Below, piece after piece: positions 44,450 through 53,334 of a DNA stretch of 64,000 nucleotides. The translations under genes were made by a program, and so were the position numbers. The notes below the pieces were generated by a model that saw nothing but the letters and a program-made list of their open reading frames with translations, did not search any database and was not told where the DNA came from. How positions within the stretch are numbered: the first letter of the stretch is position 1; the number at the start of each line of letters is the position of its first letter. Location of the stretch: the NCBI GenBank assembly GCA_963820625.1, contig CAWGAV010000005.1, forward strand, positions 64,083 to 128,082, in the 5' to 3' direction. Source of the DNA: an uncultured delta proteobacterium (GTDB lineage: Bacteria; Desulfobacterota; BSN033; UBA1163).

Positions 44450-45654
44450 CTTTCTCGAATCAATCCCTGTGTCCGTTCCTCCATGCGCTCCGTATCAACC
44501 GAAAGGAGCGCAACCGAGGCGGCCAGAAAACAGAGGGCTAAGACCAGCCAGAAGAGATTGTAGTTTCCGTACCGGTCATGAAGGTAGCCCCCTAACCAAC
44601 TCCCCAGGGCTGCCCCTATACTCCCTCCCATTGAGATGAGTCCCCATACCCGGCCAAAGAAATCTCTTCCGCAGAGGGTCCGGGTGATGGAGGGCAGGAT
44701 TGGGACATAAGAGGAATAAGCCGTTCCCACGATGATCGAGCCCAGGGCAAGGACCAAACCCGATCGGGCAATAAAGATAAAGAAGATGCCAACGACGGCC
44801 ATGACTAATATGAGGGCCCCCAATTTTTTCTTGCTCCGGACTTGATCTGAGACCCACCCCAATCCAGGGCTTGCTATAATGCCGATCCCGGAGATAAGCC
44901 CCAACGCCCAAGCCGCCTCCGTCAGGGACATCCCTTGATCGGTCGCATAGGCAGCTTCCTGAGACAAAACTCCATAAATAGCAACACACATCAAAAGGAA
45001 GGACAAGAACAAGAGCGCAAGATTGCGATCTCGAAAGATTGCCCTTTTCAAACTCATCCTCCCTTCTTTCTGAACGAGCGTGCCCTCAGCCCTCTTGTGC
45101 TTTTGAGAAAGAAAGAAGGGAAGTAAGAGAAAGATCAGGAACGACCAACCGATGACTCTCATGGCTGAACGCCAATCGATGGATACGATGAGCGTAGCGA
45201 TTAAAGGTGAGAGGAACAGGCTGCCAATGGCAGGACCACTTCCGACCAAGCCAAGGGCGAGGGTATTTCCTCCGGAGGGAAGCTTGACCAAAAGGCTGAC
45301 GGCGGTGATCTGGCTCAAAAAACATGTGGCGGCCCCAAAAATGATACCAAAGGAGAGAGTAATCTGTAGTAGACTTGTCGCAGCGCTGGAGACCATGAAC
45401 GAGGTGGCCGCCAAAATCCCCCCTGTTAACAACACAACCTTGGGGCCAAACCGGTCAATGAGGTAACCTGTAAAAAAGGCCAGGGCACTGTAAGTGAGCA
45501 TGGTAATCGAGAGAATCGAGGAGATGACCGCCCGGGAGGTTTCAAATTCTACTTCCAGGGGCTTCAGAAAGAGGCCAAAAGAGCCGCGGGTGCCATAATT
45601 TATGGCCAATGTGAAAAAAGCAATGATGATGGTACCGATATTTTTGTTTTGCAA
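44446..45654 (-). CDS. MFS transporter (oxalate/formate-antiporter-like)
   Basis: 402 aa with 12 predicted TM-like segments. ATGA overlap with the downstream MFS gene. Confidence 0.85.
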   Translation of the reverse strand: MQNKNIGTIIIAFFTLAINYGTRGSFGLFLKPLEVEFETSRAVISSILSITMLTYSALAFFTGYLIDRFGPKVVLLTGGILAATSFMVSSAATSLLQITLSFGIIFGAATCFLSQITAVSLLVKLPSGGNTLALGLVGSGPAIGSLFLSPLIATLIVSIDWRSAMRVIGWSFLIFLLLPFFLSQKHKRAEGTLVQKEGRMSLKRAIFRDRNLALLFLSFLLMCVAIYGVLSQEAAYATDQGMSLTEAAWALGLISGIGIIASPGLGWVSDQVRSKKKLGALILVMAVVGIFFIFIARSGLVLALGSIIVGTAYSSYVPILPSITRTLCGRDFFGRVWGLISMGGSIGAALGSWLGGYLHDRYGNYNLFWLVLALCFLAASVALLSVDTERMEERTQGLIRES

Positions 45655-45735
45655 AGGATTTGGTCAGTGGTGTAACCGTCTACCTGTGTCAGCAATCTTC
45701 TGTCTGGTTCTCGATACGTATGAGAGAGATAACTT

Positions 45736-46503
45736 CTATCTGTTTACGAATTCCTTTGTCGATTCTGTAAAGCCGGGGCCATGGCAAGGAAGCAAAACAT
45801 CCGCCATCCTCTTTAACCGGAGCGTGCTATAATAACTTTGATTCAAATCAGTGCCAATGGATGGCACGAAAACCTCCCAGGAAGCGAAGGGATGTCCTTT
45901 TGGAAGAACCTGCTTCGGAGTCTGAAATGTCTGGTGGATTGAGCACATCCCGGCAATAACGCTTACACCGTTCTCAGTATCAATAGCCAAAGACTGCGTA
46001 CCCGGGGTATGGCCCGGAGTGTGTAGGATCCTCAGCCCGGGAAACAGGTCGTAGTCCCCTCGGATCAAACGAACTTTCCATCCTTCAAAAAGTTCCCTGG
46101 GGTAGTATTGGGCCTGTAAGGGATGAGGGGCTTGGGCAAAAGCCCATTCTTCTTCCTGTATGTAGACCTTGGCGTTTTTGCATTTTGAAGTGTTGCCACA
46201 ATGATCGTGGTGAAGATGGGTCTGAATAATCATATCAACATCATTTACAGTCATCCCTTCTTTTCGTAGGGACTCTTCAAAGGTTTGAAGGTCTTCACCC
46301 TTTCCGGGCCAATACTTAGCCATCAAAGCCGCCCACGAGCCCGTATCCACGAGGACTCGGCCACTCTTGTTCGGGGTCCCCTCAATGATAAAGTAGGTGA
46401 CATCCAGTTTGATGAGAACTCCAGGGAAATTCATATAGGTAAAGCCCGATTTATCCCCTTCTATCGTTCCTAAGACAATCGGTTTGACCCTATACTTTCC
46501 CAT
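45736..46503 (-). CDS. metallo-beta-lactamase-fold hydrolase (N-acyl-homoserine-lactonase-like)
   Basis: HxHxDH motif QTHLHHDHCGN. The start is set at the ATG at 46503, after GGAAGGAGG. Confidence 0.85.
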   Translation of the reverse strand: MGKYRVKPIVLGTIEGDKSGFTYMNFPGVLIKLDVTYFIIEGTPNKSGRVLVDTGSWAALMAKYWPGKGEDLQTFEESLRKEGMTVNDVDMIIQTHLHHDHCGNTSKCKNAKVYIQEEEWAFAQAPHPLQAQYYPRELFEGWKVRLIRGDYDLFPGLRILHTPGHTPGTQSLAIDTENGVSVIAGMCSIHQTFQTPKQVLPKGHPFASWEVFVPSIGTDLNQSYYSTLRLKRMADVLLPCHGPGFTESTKEFVNR

Positions 46504-46544
46504 TTGTCCTCCTTCCTGATTTCCTCCCATCCATGAGTCATTCC

Positions 46545-47879
46545 CTACCCTACGTAAGCGGGAAGCCAAGTGCTGAGCTGTGGAAAACCGAATATAATCA
46601 TCAGGGAAACGATCTCCGCAGCCAGGAACGGTAGAATGCCGGCGATAATATCTTCCAGGGAAACATCCGCTTCAGCTACCCCCTTGGCGGCATACAAATT
46701 GAGTCCTACGGGTGGGGTGATCAGCCCGATCTCCACGGATACGATTACAATGGTGGCGTACCAGATGGGATCTATCCCGGCGCCGGCTACGATGGGATTG
46801 AATACGGGGATCGTAATACAGAGCATGGAGATGCTGTCCAGAAAACATCCCAGGATCAGGTAAATAAAAGAAAACAAGCACAGAATTCCATATTTGCCCA
46901 ATCCCCAGGCGGAGACGAAATCAAGGATCTTCGTGGCCACCCCCGTCAATATAAGGAAATTGGAAAAGACGGTAGCCGCCCCCATGACTAAAAAGATCAA
47001 TGCCGATGTGGTGGCTGTATCGGTGAAGAGGCCCTTCATCTCCTTTAATTTTTGCTGCCGTTTCGCCCCCTTATGGCGGATAATGTTGGCCATGATATAG
47101 GCGACAAACAGAACAAAGGACGCAACAGCCGCCGCTTCGTTGGGTGAAAAAATGCCCCCGTACATCCCGTAAAAAATGCAAAACGCGACGATGGCGATGG
47201 GCCACCATAATTTTAAGCTGCTGAACCGTTGCTTCCAGGTCGCGTGTATCGGAGAAAGCGGAATCTCGGCGGGTTTGAATTTGCCGATGAGCATGATGGC
47301 TATGCTGAAAAGGACGGCCCACAGGATGCCGGGCATAACCCCGGCCATTAGAACCTTGCCGATGGATACCCCGCTCAGCATGCCGTAAACGATGGCGATG
47401 AGGCTGGGGGGGATCAGCATGCCGATGGAACCCGCAGAAGCGCAAATCGCATAGGAGACGCTTTTGCCATAACCCTGTCGCCTCATCTCCGGGGCGCAGA
47501 TCTTGGAGAAAACCGCAGTGGTGACCACGGATGAGCCGCAGACCGTTCCAAAAAAAGTACACCCGATGACCGAGGCAATTCCGATGCCGCCGCGGAACCT
47601 TCCCAGCCAGAGACTTAAGCTGTCAAACAAATTCTTGCTGATCCCGCCCCCGCTCGCCAGATACCCCATGAGAATAAACAGAGGCAAAGTAATGAGTCCG
47701 GGGTTGGAGATTTTGTGGTAGAATGCGGATACATTCATGGTCACCGCCTGATGGAATCCCGCCAGATAAGTGATCCCCACGAATCCTGAAATCGCCAAGG
47801 CAATACCGATGTGAACCCCGACGGCCAGAAGTACAAAGAGTAAAATCCCCCCTAAGAGCGCCACCACATATGGATCCAT
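46545..47879 (-). CDS. TRAP transporter large permease (DctM-type)
   Basis: 444-aa polytopic protein adjacent to DctQ/DctP-type genes. Confidence 0.9.
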   Translation of the reverse strand: MDPYVVALLGGILLFVLLAVGVHIGIALAISGFVGITYLAGFHQAVTMNVSAFYHKISNPGLITLPLFILMGYLASGGGISKNLFDSLSLWLGRFRGGIGIASVIGCTFFGTVCGSSVVTTAVFSKICAPEMRRQGYGKSVSYAICASAGSIGMLIPPSLIAIVYGMLSGVSIGKVLMAGVMPGILWAVLFSIAIMLIGKFKPAEIPLSPIHATWKQRFSSLKLWWPIAIVAFCIFYGMYGGIFSPNEAAAVASFVLFVAYIMANIIRHKGAKRQQKLKEMKGLFTDTATTSALIFLVMGAATVFSNFLILTGVATKILDFVSAWGLGKYGILCLFSFIYLILGCFLDSISMLCITIPVFNPIVAGAGIDPIWYATIVIVSVEIGLITPPVGLNLYAAKGVAEADVSLEDIIAGILPFLAAEIVSLMIIFGFPQLSTWLPAYVG

Positions 47880-47903
47880 TGTTGAAAGGCCCCCTTTTTT
47901 AAG

Positions 47904-48461
47904 TTAGGTCGTATAGAATTTCTCGCTTTGATCCGCTTCCTTATCCACCGGGTAAGGTTTCCGGGACAAATCATAAAAGAGCTGCAGCAGGTAACGAAGC
48001 GCAAAAAAACCTATTCCGATGGGCATGGCGAATTTTCCCAACCACCAAGGAATTTTGATCGCGGCCAGAATCTCTTCATTCATCATGAGGGACTCCCAAA
48101 AGCGGACCCAGGCATAATAGGTAATCATAGACAGAAAAGCAAAGGAAATGGTGTTGGTGAGTATGTTAAAGATCCATTTTACAGACGGAGGAACCCGGTC
48201 CTTGATCAGGGACACTTTGACATGCGCATCCAGCATCAACGTAAAGGCAAAAGGAAAAAAAACGATCCAGGGCATGGCCACCTCGCTTATCTCCCAGGTT
48301 GCCGGAAGCGGCATGTTAAAGAGGAATCGTCCCCCAACATCGATCACGATCAATACCGTCATCATCATCGCGACAATCCAGGAGACGGCCGTAAGAATTT
48401 TCTCTATTTTTCTAATGAACAACTCATTGCTTTCCAAACTCATTCTGACCCCCTTCGCCAC
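47904..48461 (-). CDS. TRAP transporter small permease (DctQ-type)
   Basis: About 180 aa with four TM segments, lying between the DctP- and DctM-type genes. Confidence 0.8.
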   Translation of the reverse strand: MAKGVRMSLESNELFIRKIEKILTAVSWIVAMMMTVLIVIDVGGRFLFNMPLPATWEISEVAMPWIVFFPFAFTLMLDAHVKVSLIKDRVPPSVKWIFNILTNTISFAFLSMITYYAWVRFWESLMMNEEILAAIKIPWWLGKFAMPIGIGFFALRYLLQLFYDLSRKPYPVDKEADQSEKFYTT

Positions 48462-48530
48462 TCAATTAAGCAATGGGTACCGGCTTATCGATACCCATTG
48501 CCTATTTTCCATGGAAACCGTAACAGGGCT

Positions 48531-49616
48531 CTATTTTTTTGCCCCCCATTGGCGAGGCCATTTGTATCCCAGTTGCGCTGTAATTTCCTGCCAGCGCGCC
48601 ACAAGTTTGTTCCCGGGATATCCTTTCGCTTCGACTTCTTTGGCGAATTCCGCGGGAATATCTTCCAGATGGCTCGCCCATTTCTGCCTTTCTGATTCAG
48701 AAATCGTGATAAAACCCACTCCTTTCGTCTTCCATTCTTTTTCAACCCTGGCCCACCACCTGGGGATAATCTCCTGCGCCGCCTTCAGCTCCACCATCTT
48801 GCCGGCCTCGATCATTATTTTTTGCACCTCCGGAGAAAACCCTTTAAAGGTATTCAAATTCATAAGAAGGGGCCCCCAGCAGGCCACGGTTAGATTCGCA
48901 TCGATGTAATATTTGGTCACTTCATTAATTTTAAAGGAGTAAAAGAGATCGAACGGAAGCAGGTCAGTATCAACGACCCCCCCTCTTAATAAGTCATATC
49001 GTTCACCTCCCGGGCGCACTACGGCGGTTGCCCCGGGGGGCATCCATCGCCCGAAATAACGCCCAACGAGCGAAATTTTTTCCCCTTTAAAATCATCGAC
49101 CGTTTTTAAGGGTTTCTTGCTCATAAAATTGTAAACGCCTCCCGGGGGATTGGAAATCATTACAACATTCTCCCGCGTTTCATCCGCAACAAATTGCGGG
49201 ATTTCCGCCCGAATTTGTCTCATCGCTTTGGCTACAATGGTATAATCAGTTGGTCCGAACGGGAATATGTACTCAAAGTTCCCGATGGGAAACCGACCCG
49301 GGGTATACCATTCGTGTGTCTGGGCTACCTGAACGATGCCGTTCTTTACCAGGTCAATATGCTCTGCCGGGGCACCCAGGGCAGCTCCCCAAAAATTTTC
49401 AAAAGTGATGGCCCCCTTCGTTTGTTTGGTGACTTCATCCTCCCAGGTTTGCAGCAGTTCACTCATCATCGATACGGTGGGGGGAGGAAAGACGGAGGCA
49501 GCTTTCAGTTTGACTGGCTTAACAGCCGACTGTGCTGAAACGCACTGCAATCCGACCAAACATACAACAAAAAAGATTGTGACCAATACCACTGTGACGA
49601 TCCGCGCTTGTTTCAT
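48531..49616 (-). CDS. TRAP transporter substrate-binding protein (DctP-type)
   Basis: 361 aa. Signal peptide MKQARIVTVVLVTIFFVVCLVG, in the typical TRAP operon position. Confidence 0.9.
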   Translation of the reverse strand: MKQARIVTVVLVTIFFVVCLVGLQCVSAQSAVKPVKLKAASVFPPPTVSMMSELLQTWEDEVTKQTKGAITFENFWGAALGAPAEHIDLVKNGIVQVAQTHEWYTPGRFPIGNFEYIFPFGPTDYTIVAKAMRQIRAEIPQFVADETRENVVMISNPPGGVYNFMSKKPLKTVDDFKGEKISLVGRYFGRWMPPGATAVVRPGGERYDLLRGGVVDTDLLPFDLFYSFKINEVTKYYIDANLTVACWGPLLMNLNTFKGFSPEVQKIMIEAGKMVELKAAQEIIPRWWARVEKEWKTKGVGFITISESERQKWASHLEDIPAEFAKEVEAKGYPGNKLVARWQEITAQLGYKWPRQWGAKK

Positions 49617-49784
49617 TTTGTCCTCCTTTAGGAATAGTTCGGCTTATTCCAAGTTTAACGAAATGTCTTTGTAAAGCAAAACGTGTTGACTAGATCCCAC
49701 CCAAAAAGATTTTCCCTCCTCATGTCCCCATTCGTGCTGAAAGAGCCATGAGGAGGGATTAATTCATTGTCACTTATTCTTAAG

Positions 49785-49997
49785 CTAAAACAATGGAACT
49801 TCCATGATCTCCTGCACAGGCCACTTGCTCAGGATCTCGAAGCCGTTCTCTGTCACGCAGACCATCTCTTCCATTCGGACACCGTAGCTTCCAGGAGTAC
49901 CATGTTGAGTTTCAATAGCAAAGGACATCCCTTTTTCAAGCAGAACGTGGTCATCGAGAGAAACCCCTCGCCAGATGAAGGGATCGGGTCGGTACAT
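49785..49997 (-). pseudogene. C-terminal remnant of an M24-family hydrolase paralog
   Basis: ...WRGVSLDDHVLLEKGMSFAIETQHGTPGSYGVRMEEMVCVTENGFEILSKWP aligns with the last ~65 aa of the adjacent 476-aa gene (...WRGASLDNPLPLEKDMTFAIETQLGTIGVGASRIEEMIHITDTGTEILTKWP). Confidence 0.65.
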
Positions 49998-50068
49998 ATT
50001 GAAGAAAATTGATTAAGTGTCGCAATGCCTTGTCTGAACACGATCCATACTTTTTTGCAATGGGTGTC

Positions 50069-51499
50069 CTATAGGTCAACGATCGTAATCTCCCCGATAG
50101 GCCACTTGGTTAATATCTCGGTCCCAGTATCCGTAATATGAATCATTTCCTCGATTCTTGAGGCACCGACTCCGATGGTCCCTAACTGAGTCTCAATGGC
50201 AAAGGTCATGTCCTTCTCTAAAGGAAGGGGGTTATCCAGTGACGCTCCACGCCATGCTAAAGGAAGTTCATAGAGTGTTAGCCCTATGCCATGCATCCAG
50301 TTGCTTCCTGCCGTCTGGTCCTCATGTTTTATCAAAATATCGCTCCAGACGTCCGGGGAGGAAGGCCATTTCTCACATACTTCCTTCGTAGTTATACCAG
50401 GTTTAATCACATCGATGGCAGCATATAACCAATCCCTTGTCCTGGCATAATCGTCTATCATTAGCTGGGTTGGCTTTCCAAGACAGAATGTCCGATAATA
50501 ACATGTCTTGTAACCCATATAAGCCGTGTTGTAAGTATCTGCATAGAACATATCACCAGGACGGATGATACGGTTTGCACATGTTTCACGAGCGTTGGGC
50601 CAGCTAAACTCACCTGAAGTGCAAAAGATACCAGAATACACCTCTCCCCCAAGGTCATAAGCCACCTTGTGCATCATACCTACTATTTCATTCTCACGTA
50701 CCCCGGGTTTCAGCATGTCCTTAACCGCTTGAAACTCTGCGTCTCCAATTGCAGCCGCTATGCGTAAGCATTCTACTTCATCCCTGTTTTTTATCTTTCT
50801 GGCATGAAACATCAGTTCCTGTCCCGCTAGACTCACTTTAATTCCCGCATTTTTGAAACCCTCCATGATTCCTGGATCTGCGAAATCCAATGCAAGCGGT
50901 TCTTTGTCCATTCCGTATGATTTAAGGTCATCCACTATCTGCTTGACAAACTTATCTCGTTGTACCTTTTGGGCTGCAGAACCTATGATTATACTGCTCC
51001 ATCCAGTTCCGGTAATAGCTACCTTCACCTTGTCAAGCCATGGACACATCTGTCTCGTGTGATAGCCAATTTCAGCATTTTCGTAAATAATCGGACCCTT
51101 GGCATTTCCTACAAAAAGGCAATACCTCAAACCGGACGAAGGAGTCGTCCAGTGAGGAGTCCATGTTCCACTGATATAACGTGTATTCCACTCATTCAGC
51201 GAGAGGATAGCCCCCACCTTATATGCATTTAATTGCTCTCGGGTACGCCCAAGACGATAATTTCTCATCCTCTCGTAGTTTATGTTTTCGTCCCAATCAA
51301 CAGCCTGAGTTTGACATCCCTTGTGGTAAGCATACTTATCCCAATCGAGAACAGGATACTCAAAGGCCATAGGTGTTTCGCCGAGTGAACCCTTATGGAG
51401 TGGCCCCTTATAGATTGGTTGATCCTTTGGGGGAACTCTTTTACTAATGTATCTTTGGTACGCTCCTTTTGCCATTTTTTCATATTCTTCTGCTTTCAT
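50069..51499 (-). CDS. M24-family (creatinase/prolidase 'pita-bread' fold) metallohydrolase, long-N-terminus type
   Basis: The C-terminal half has the M24 pattern (...GDMFYADT..., ...HGIGLTLYE..., ...FAIETQ...IEEMIHIT). 476 aa. Confidence 0.7.
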   Translation of the reverse strand: MKAEEYEKMAKGAYQRYISKRVPPKDQPIYKGPLHKGSLGETPMAFEYPVLDWDKYAYHKGCQTQAVDWDENINYERMRNYRLGRTREQLNAYKVGAILSLNEWNTRYISGTWTPHWTTPSSGLRYCLFVGNAKGPIIYENAEIGYHTRQMCPWLDKVKVAITGTGWSSIIIGSAAQKVQRDKFVKQIVDDLKSYGMDKEPLALDFADPGIMEGFKNAGIKVSLAGQELMFHARKIKNRDEVECLRIAAAIGDAEFQAVKDMLKPGVRENEIVGMMHKVAYDLGGEVYSGIFCTSGEFSWPNARETCANRIIRPGDMFYADTYNTAYMGYKTCYYRTFCLGKPTQLMIDDYARTRDWLYAAIDVIKPGITTKEVCEKWPSSPDVWSDILIKHEDQTAGSNWMHGIGLTLYELPLAWRGASLDNPLPLEKDMTFAIETQLGTIGVGASRIEEMIHITDTGTEILTKWPIGEITIVDL

Positions 51500-51737
51500 G
51501 CTAAGTTACCTCCCTTCAACTAGATTGAATTGCTTCATTGTTTACCATCCTTTGAGAAAATAACCAACTGGATAGGGTAACCTTTGTTCGGCACACTCAT
51601 ATCCAACCTCTTCAAGTTAATTTTTCAAAACCCCATCTCTGTAAACTACTTTTCACCACACCCCCTTTCAAATTCCAGACTCCATTTCTATGAATTGATC
51701 GGTTTCATCACCTCCCCTCTTCTCCCATGAATATGGC

Positions 51738-52427
51738 CTAATCCTCCAAGCTCACCTCGATGATCTTCATTCCGTTTTCCAAATGCTTTTCCAGGACTTT
51801 GTTCCCCAAGTTGCGGTCACCTTTTCGCAGGGCCTGAAGTATCGATGCGTGCTCCAGGTTGGCGCGGGCCACCGCTTTCCTATTGTCTGAAAAGATTCTC
51901 AGGTATGGCCCTGTACTATTCCATAGGCCTTGAAGGATTTGAAAAAGGCGGGGCGACCCGGACATCTCATGAAGTTTCATGTGGAAGGCCCGGTTGAGAT
52001 TGAACCACTCCTTCCCGGCGCCATGAGGCCTTGACATCTTTCGGTGCAATTCTTCCAGCTCTTTCAAGCTTCCACGATTGGCCAAATCGAAACACCTCAT
52101 CAAAGCAATCTTTTCCAATGGAATTCGGATGGCATAAATATCGTTAAGTTCTGTTTTAGAAAGTCGACTGGCCGTGATACGTTTATTGGAATGAAAAGAA
52201 ATCATACCCTCTGCCTCAAGTTCCCGGAGTGCCTCCCGTATGGGCATGGCGCTGACCATGAGCTTTTCTGCCAAGTTACGGATATTTAGCTTTTCCCCAG
52301 GTTTGATTTCCCTTTCCAATATTGCTTGGCGGAGAATATTACGGACCATTTTTTGTAAGGACTGCTTTTCGATGGGTTTTCCTAAGATCATGATACTCAC
52401 CCTGGGTCTACCCAGTTTGTTAATCAA
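51738..52427 (-). CDS. GntR-family (FCD/FadR-type) transcriptional regulator
   Basis: Winged-HTH ...PGEKLNIRNLAEKLMVSAMPIREALRELEAEGMI... with an FCD-like C-terminal domain. Confidence 0.85.
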   Translation of the reverse strand: MINKLGRPRVSIMILGKPIEKQSLQKMVRNILRQAILEREIKPGEKLNIRNLAEKLMVSAMPIREALRELEAEGMISFHSNKRITASRLSKTELNDIYAIRIPLEKIALMRCFDLANRGSLKELEELHRKMSRPHGAGKEWFNLNRAFHMKLHEMSGSPRLFQILQGLWNSTGPYLRIFSDNRKAVARANLEHASILQALRKGDRNLGNKVLEKHLENGMKIIEVSLED

Positions 52428-52593
52428 GAATTAGGTCTTTAGGCAATATATTATATAAAATATCAAATATATCAAATGTGTCAACAAAAAAATGCATTGC
52501 CCTGCCCCATCAAGTTTCCTTCTTCGCATCGACGAGAATCTTCTAAAGAGCAAAATATTTATAAAGTTTCGCTGGACAAATGAACATAAATCT

Positions 52594-53100
52594 TCAAACC
52601 CCATCTTCGCCGGCAGAAGTTTTTTTGAATGGCAAAGGGATGATAAAAACCGGTTTTCGGGTCCGGTGTAGTACCGAGCTCGCAACACTCCCGAGAAAGG
52701 TGTGGACCAAATAACCTTTCCCATGGGTTCCGAGGACGATCATATCACATTTTTCTTCATTGGCTGCGTTCAAGATCTCCTCGGCCGCATGACCCGTGGG
52801 TACGAGGATATTGGATATGAGTTCAAGGCACCGAGTACCTGTCTGAGTTTCTATTTTTGTGCAAAATTCTTGCAAGCGGTTCTTAATCAACTCAGCAGTC
52901 TCCTTCTGGCCTTGTTCTTCCACCTCTCTCCCCACCCCCCCCAAAAAACCTCTTACATAACCAGGAATGGGTTCAATGGCATGAAGGATCACAATCTTTG
53001 CATCACGCCTTTGTGCTAAATCGACAGCATATAAGAAAGCGTACGACGAGTTTTCACTGAGATCTGTAGCATAAAGGATCTTCTTGATTTGTGGAATCAT
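52594..53100 (-). CDS. universal stress protein (UspA family)
   Basis: MIPQIKKILYATDLSENS...IVLGTHGKG...GSVASSVL... 168 aa. Confidence 0.85.
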   Translation of the reverse strand: MIPQIKKILYATDLSENSSYAFLYAVDLAQRRDAKIVILHAIEPIPGYVRGFLGGVGREVEEQGQKETAELIKNRLQEFCTKIETQTGTRCLELISNILVPTGHAAEEILNAANEEKCDMIVLGTHGKGYLVHTFLGSVASSVLHRTRKPVFIIPLPFKKTSAGEDGV

Positions 53101-53334
53101 AACGTGTCTCCTTTTTCTAAATTGATCTACCTTTTTCTATGATCAACCAAACGTGAAGGGCTTAGCTTCTTTCTCTTCTTCTCGCCTCTCCCGAAGTTCT
53201 CTTCTTAAAACGTTAATGAAGAGATTCCGAGGAAGCATATCGACACATTCCACTTTTTTCCTTAAAGGCAATTTATTGGGCTTCGACTATGAAGGTCTGT
53301 GTAAGTCGACATTGGGTCTTTTGGGTTTATCTCC

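Noticed and set aside
47928-48909. Two long plus-strand ORFs (255 and 253 aa)
   Set aside because: They are antisense to the DctQ and DctP TRAP genes. Their Arg/His/Pro-rich composition is typical of antisense frames.
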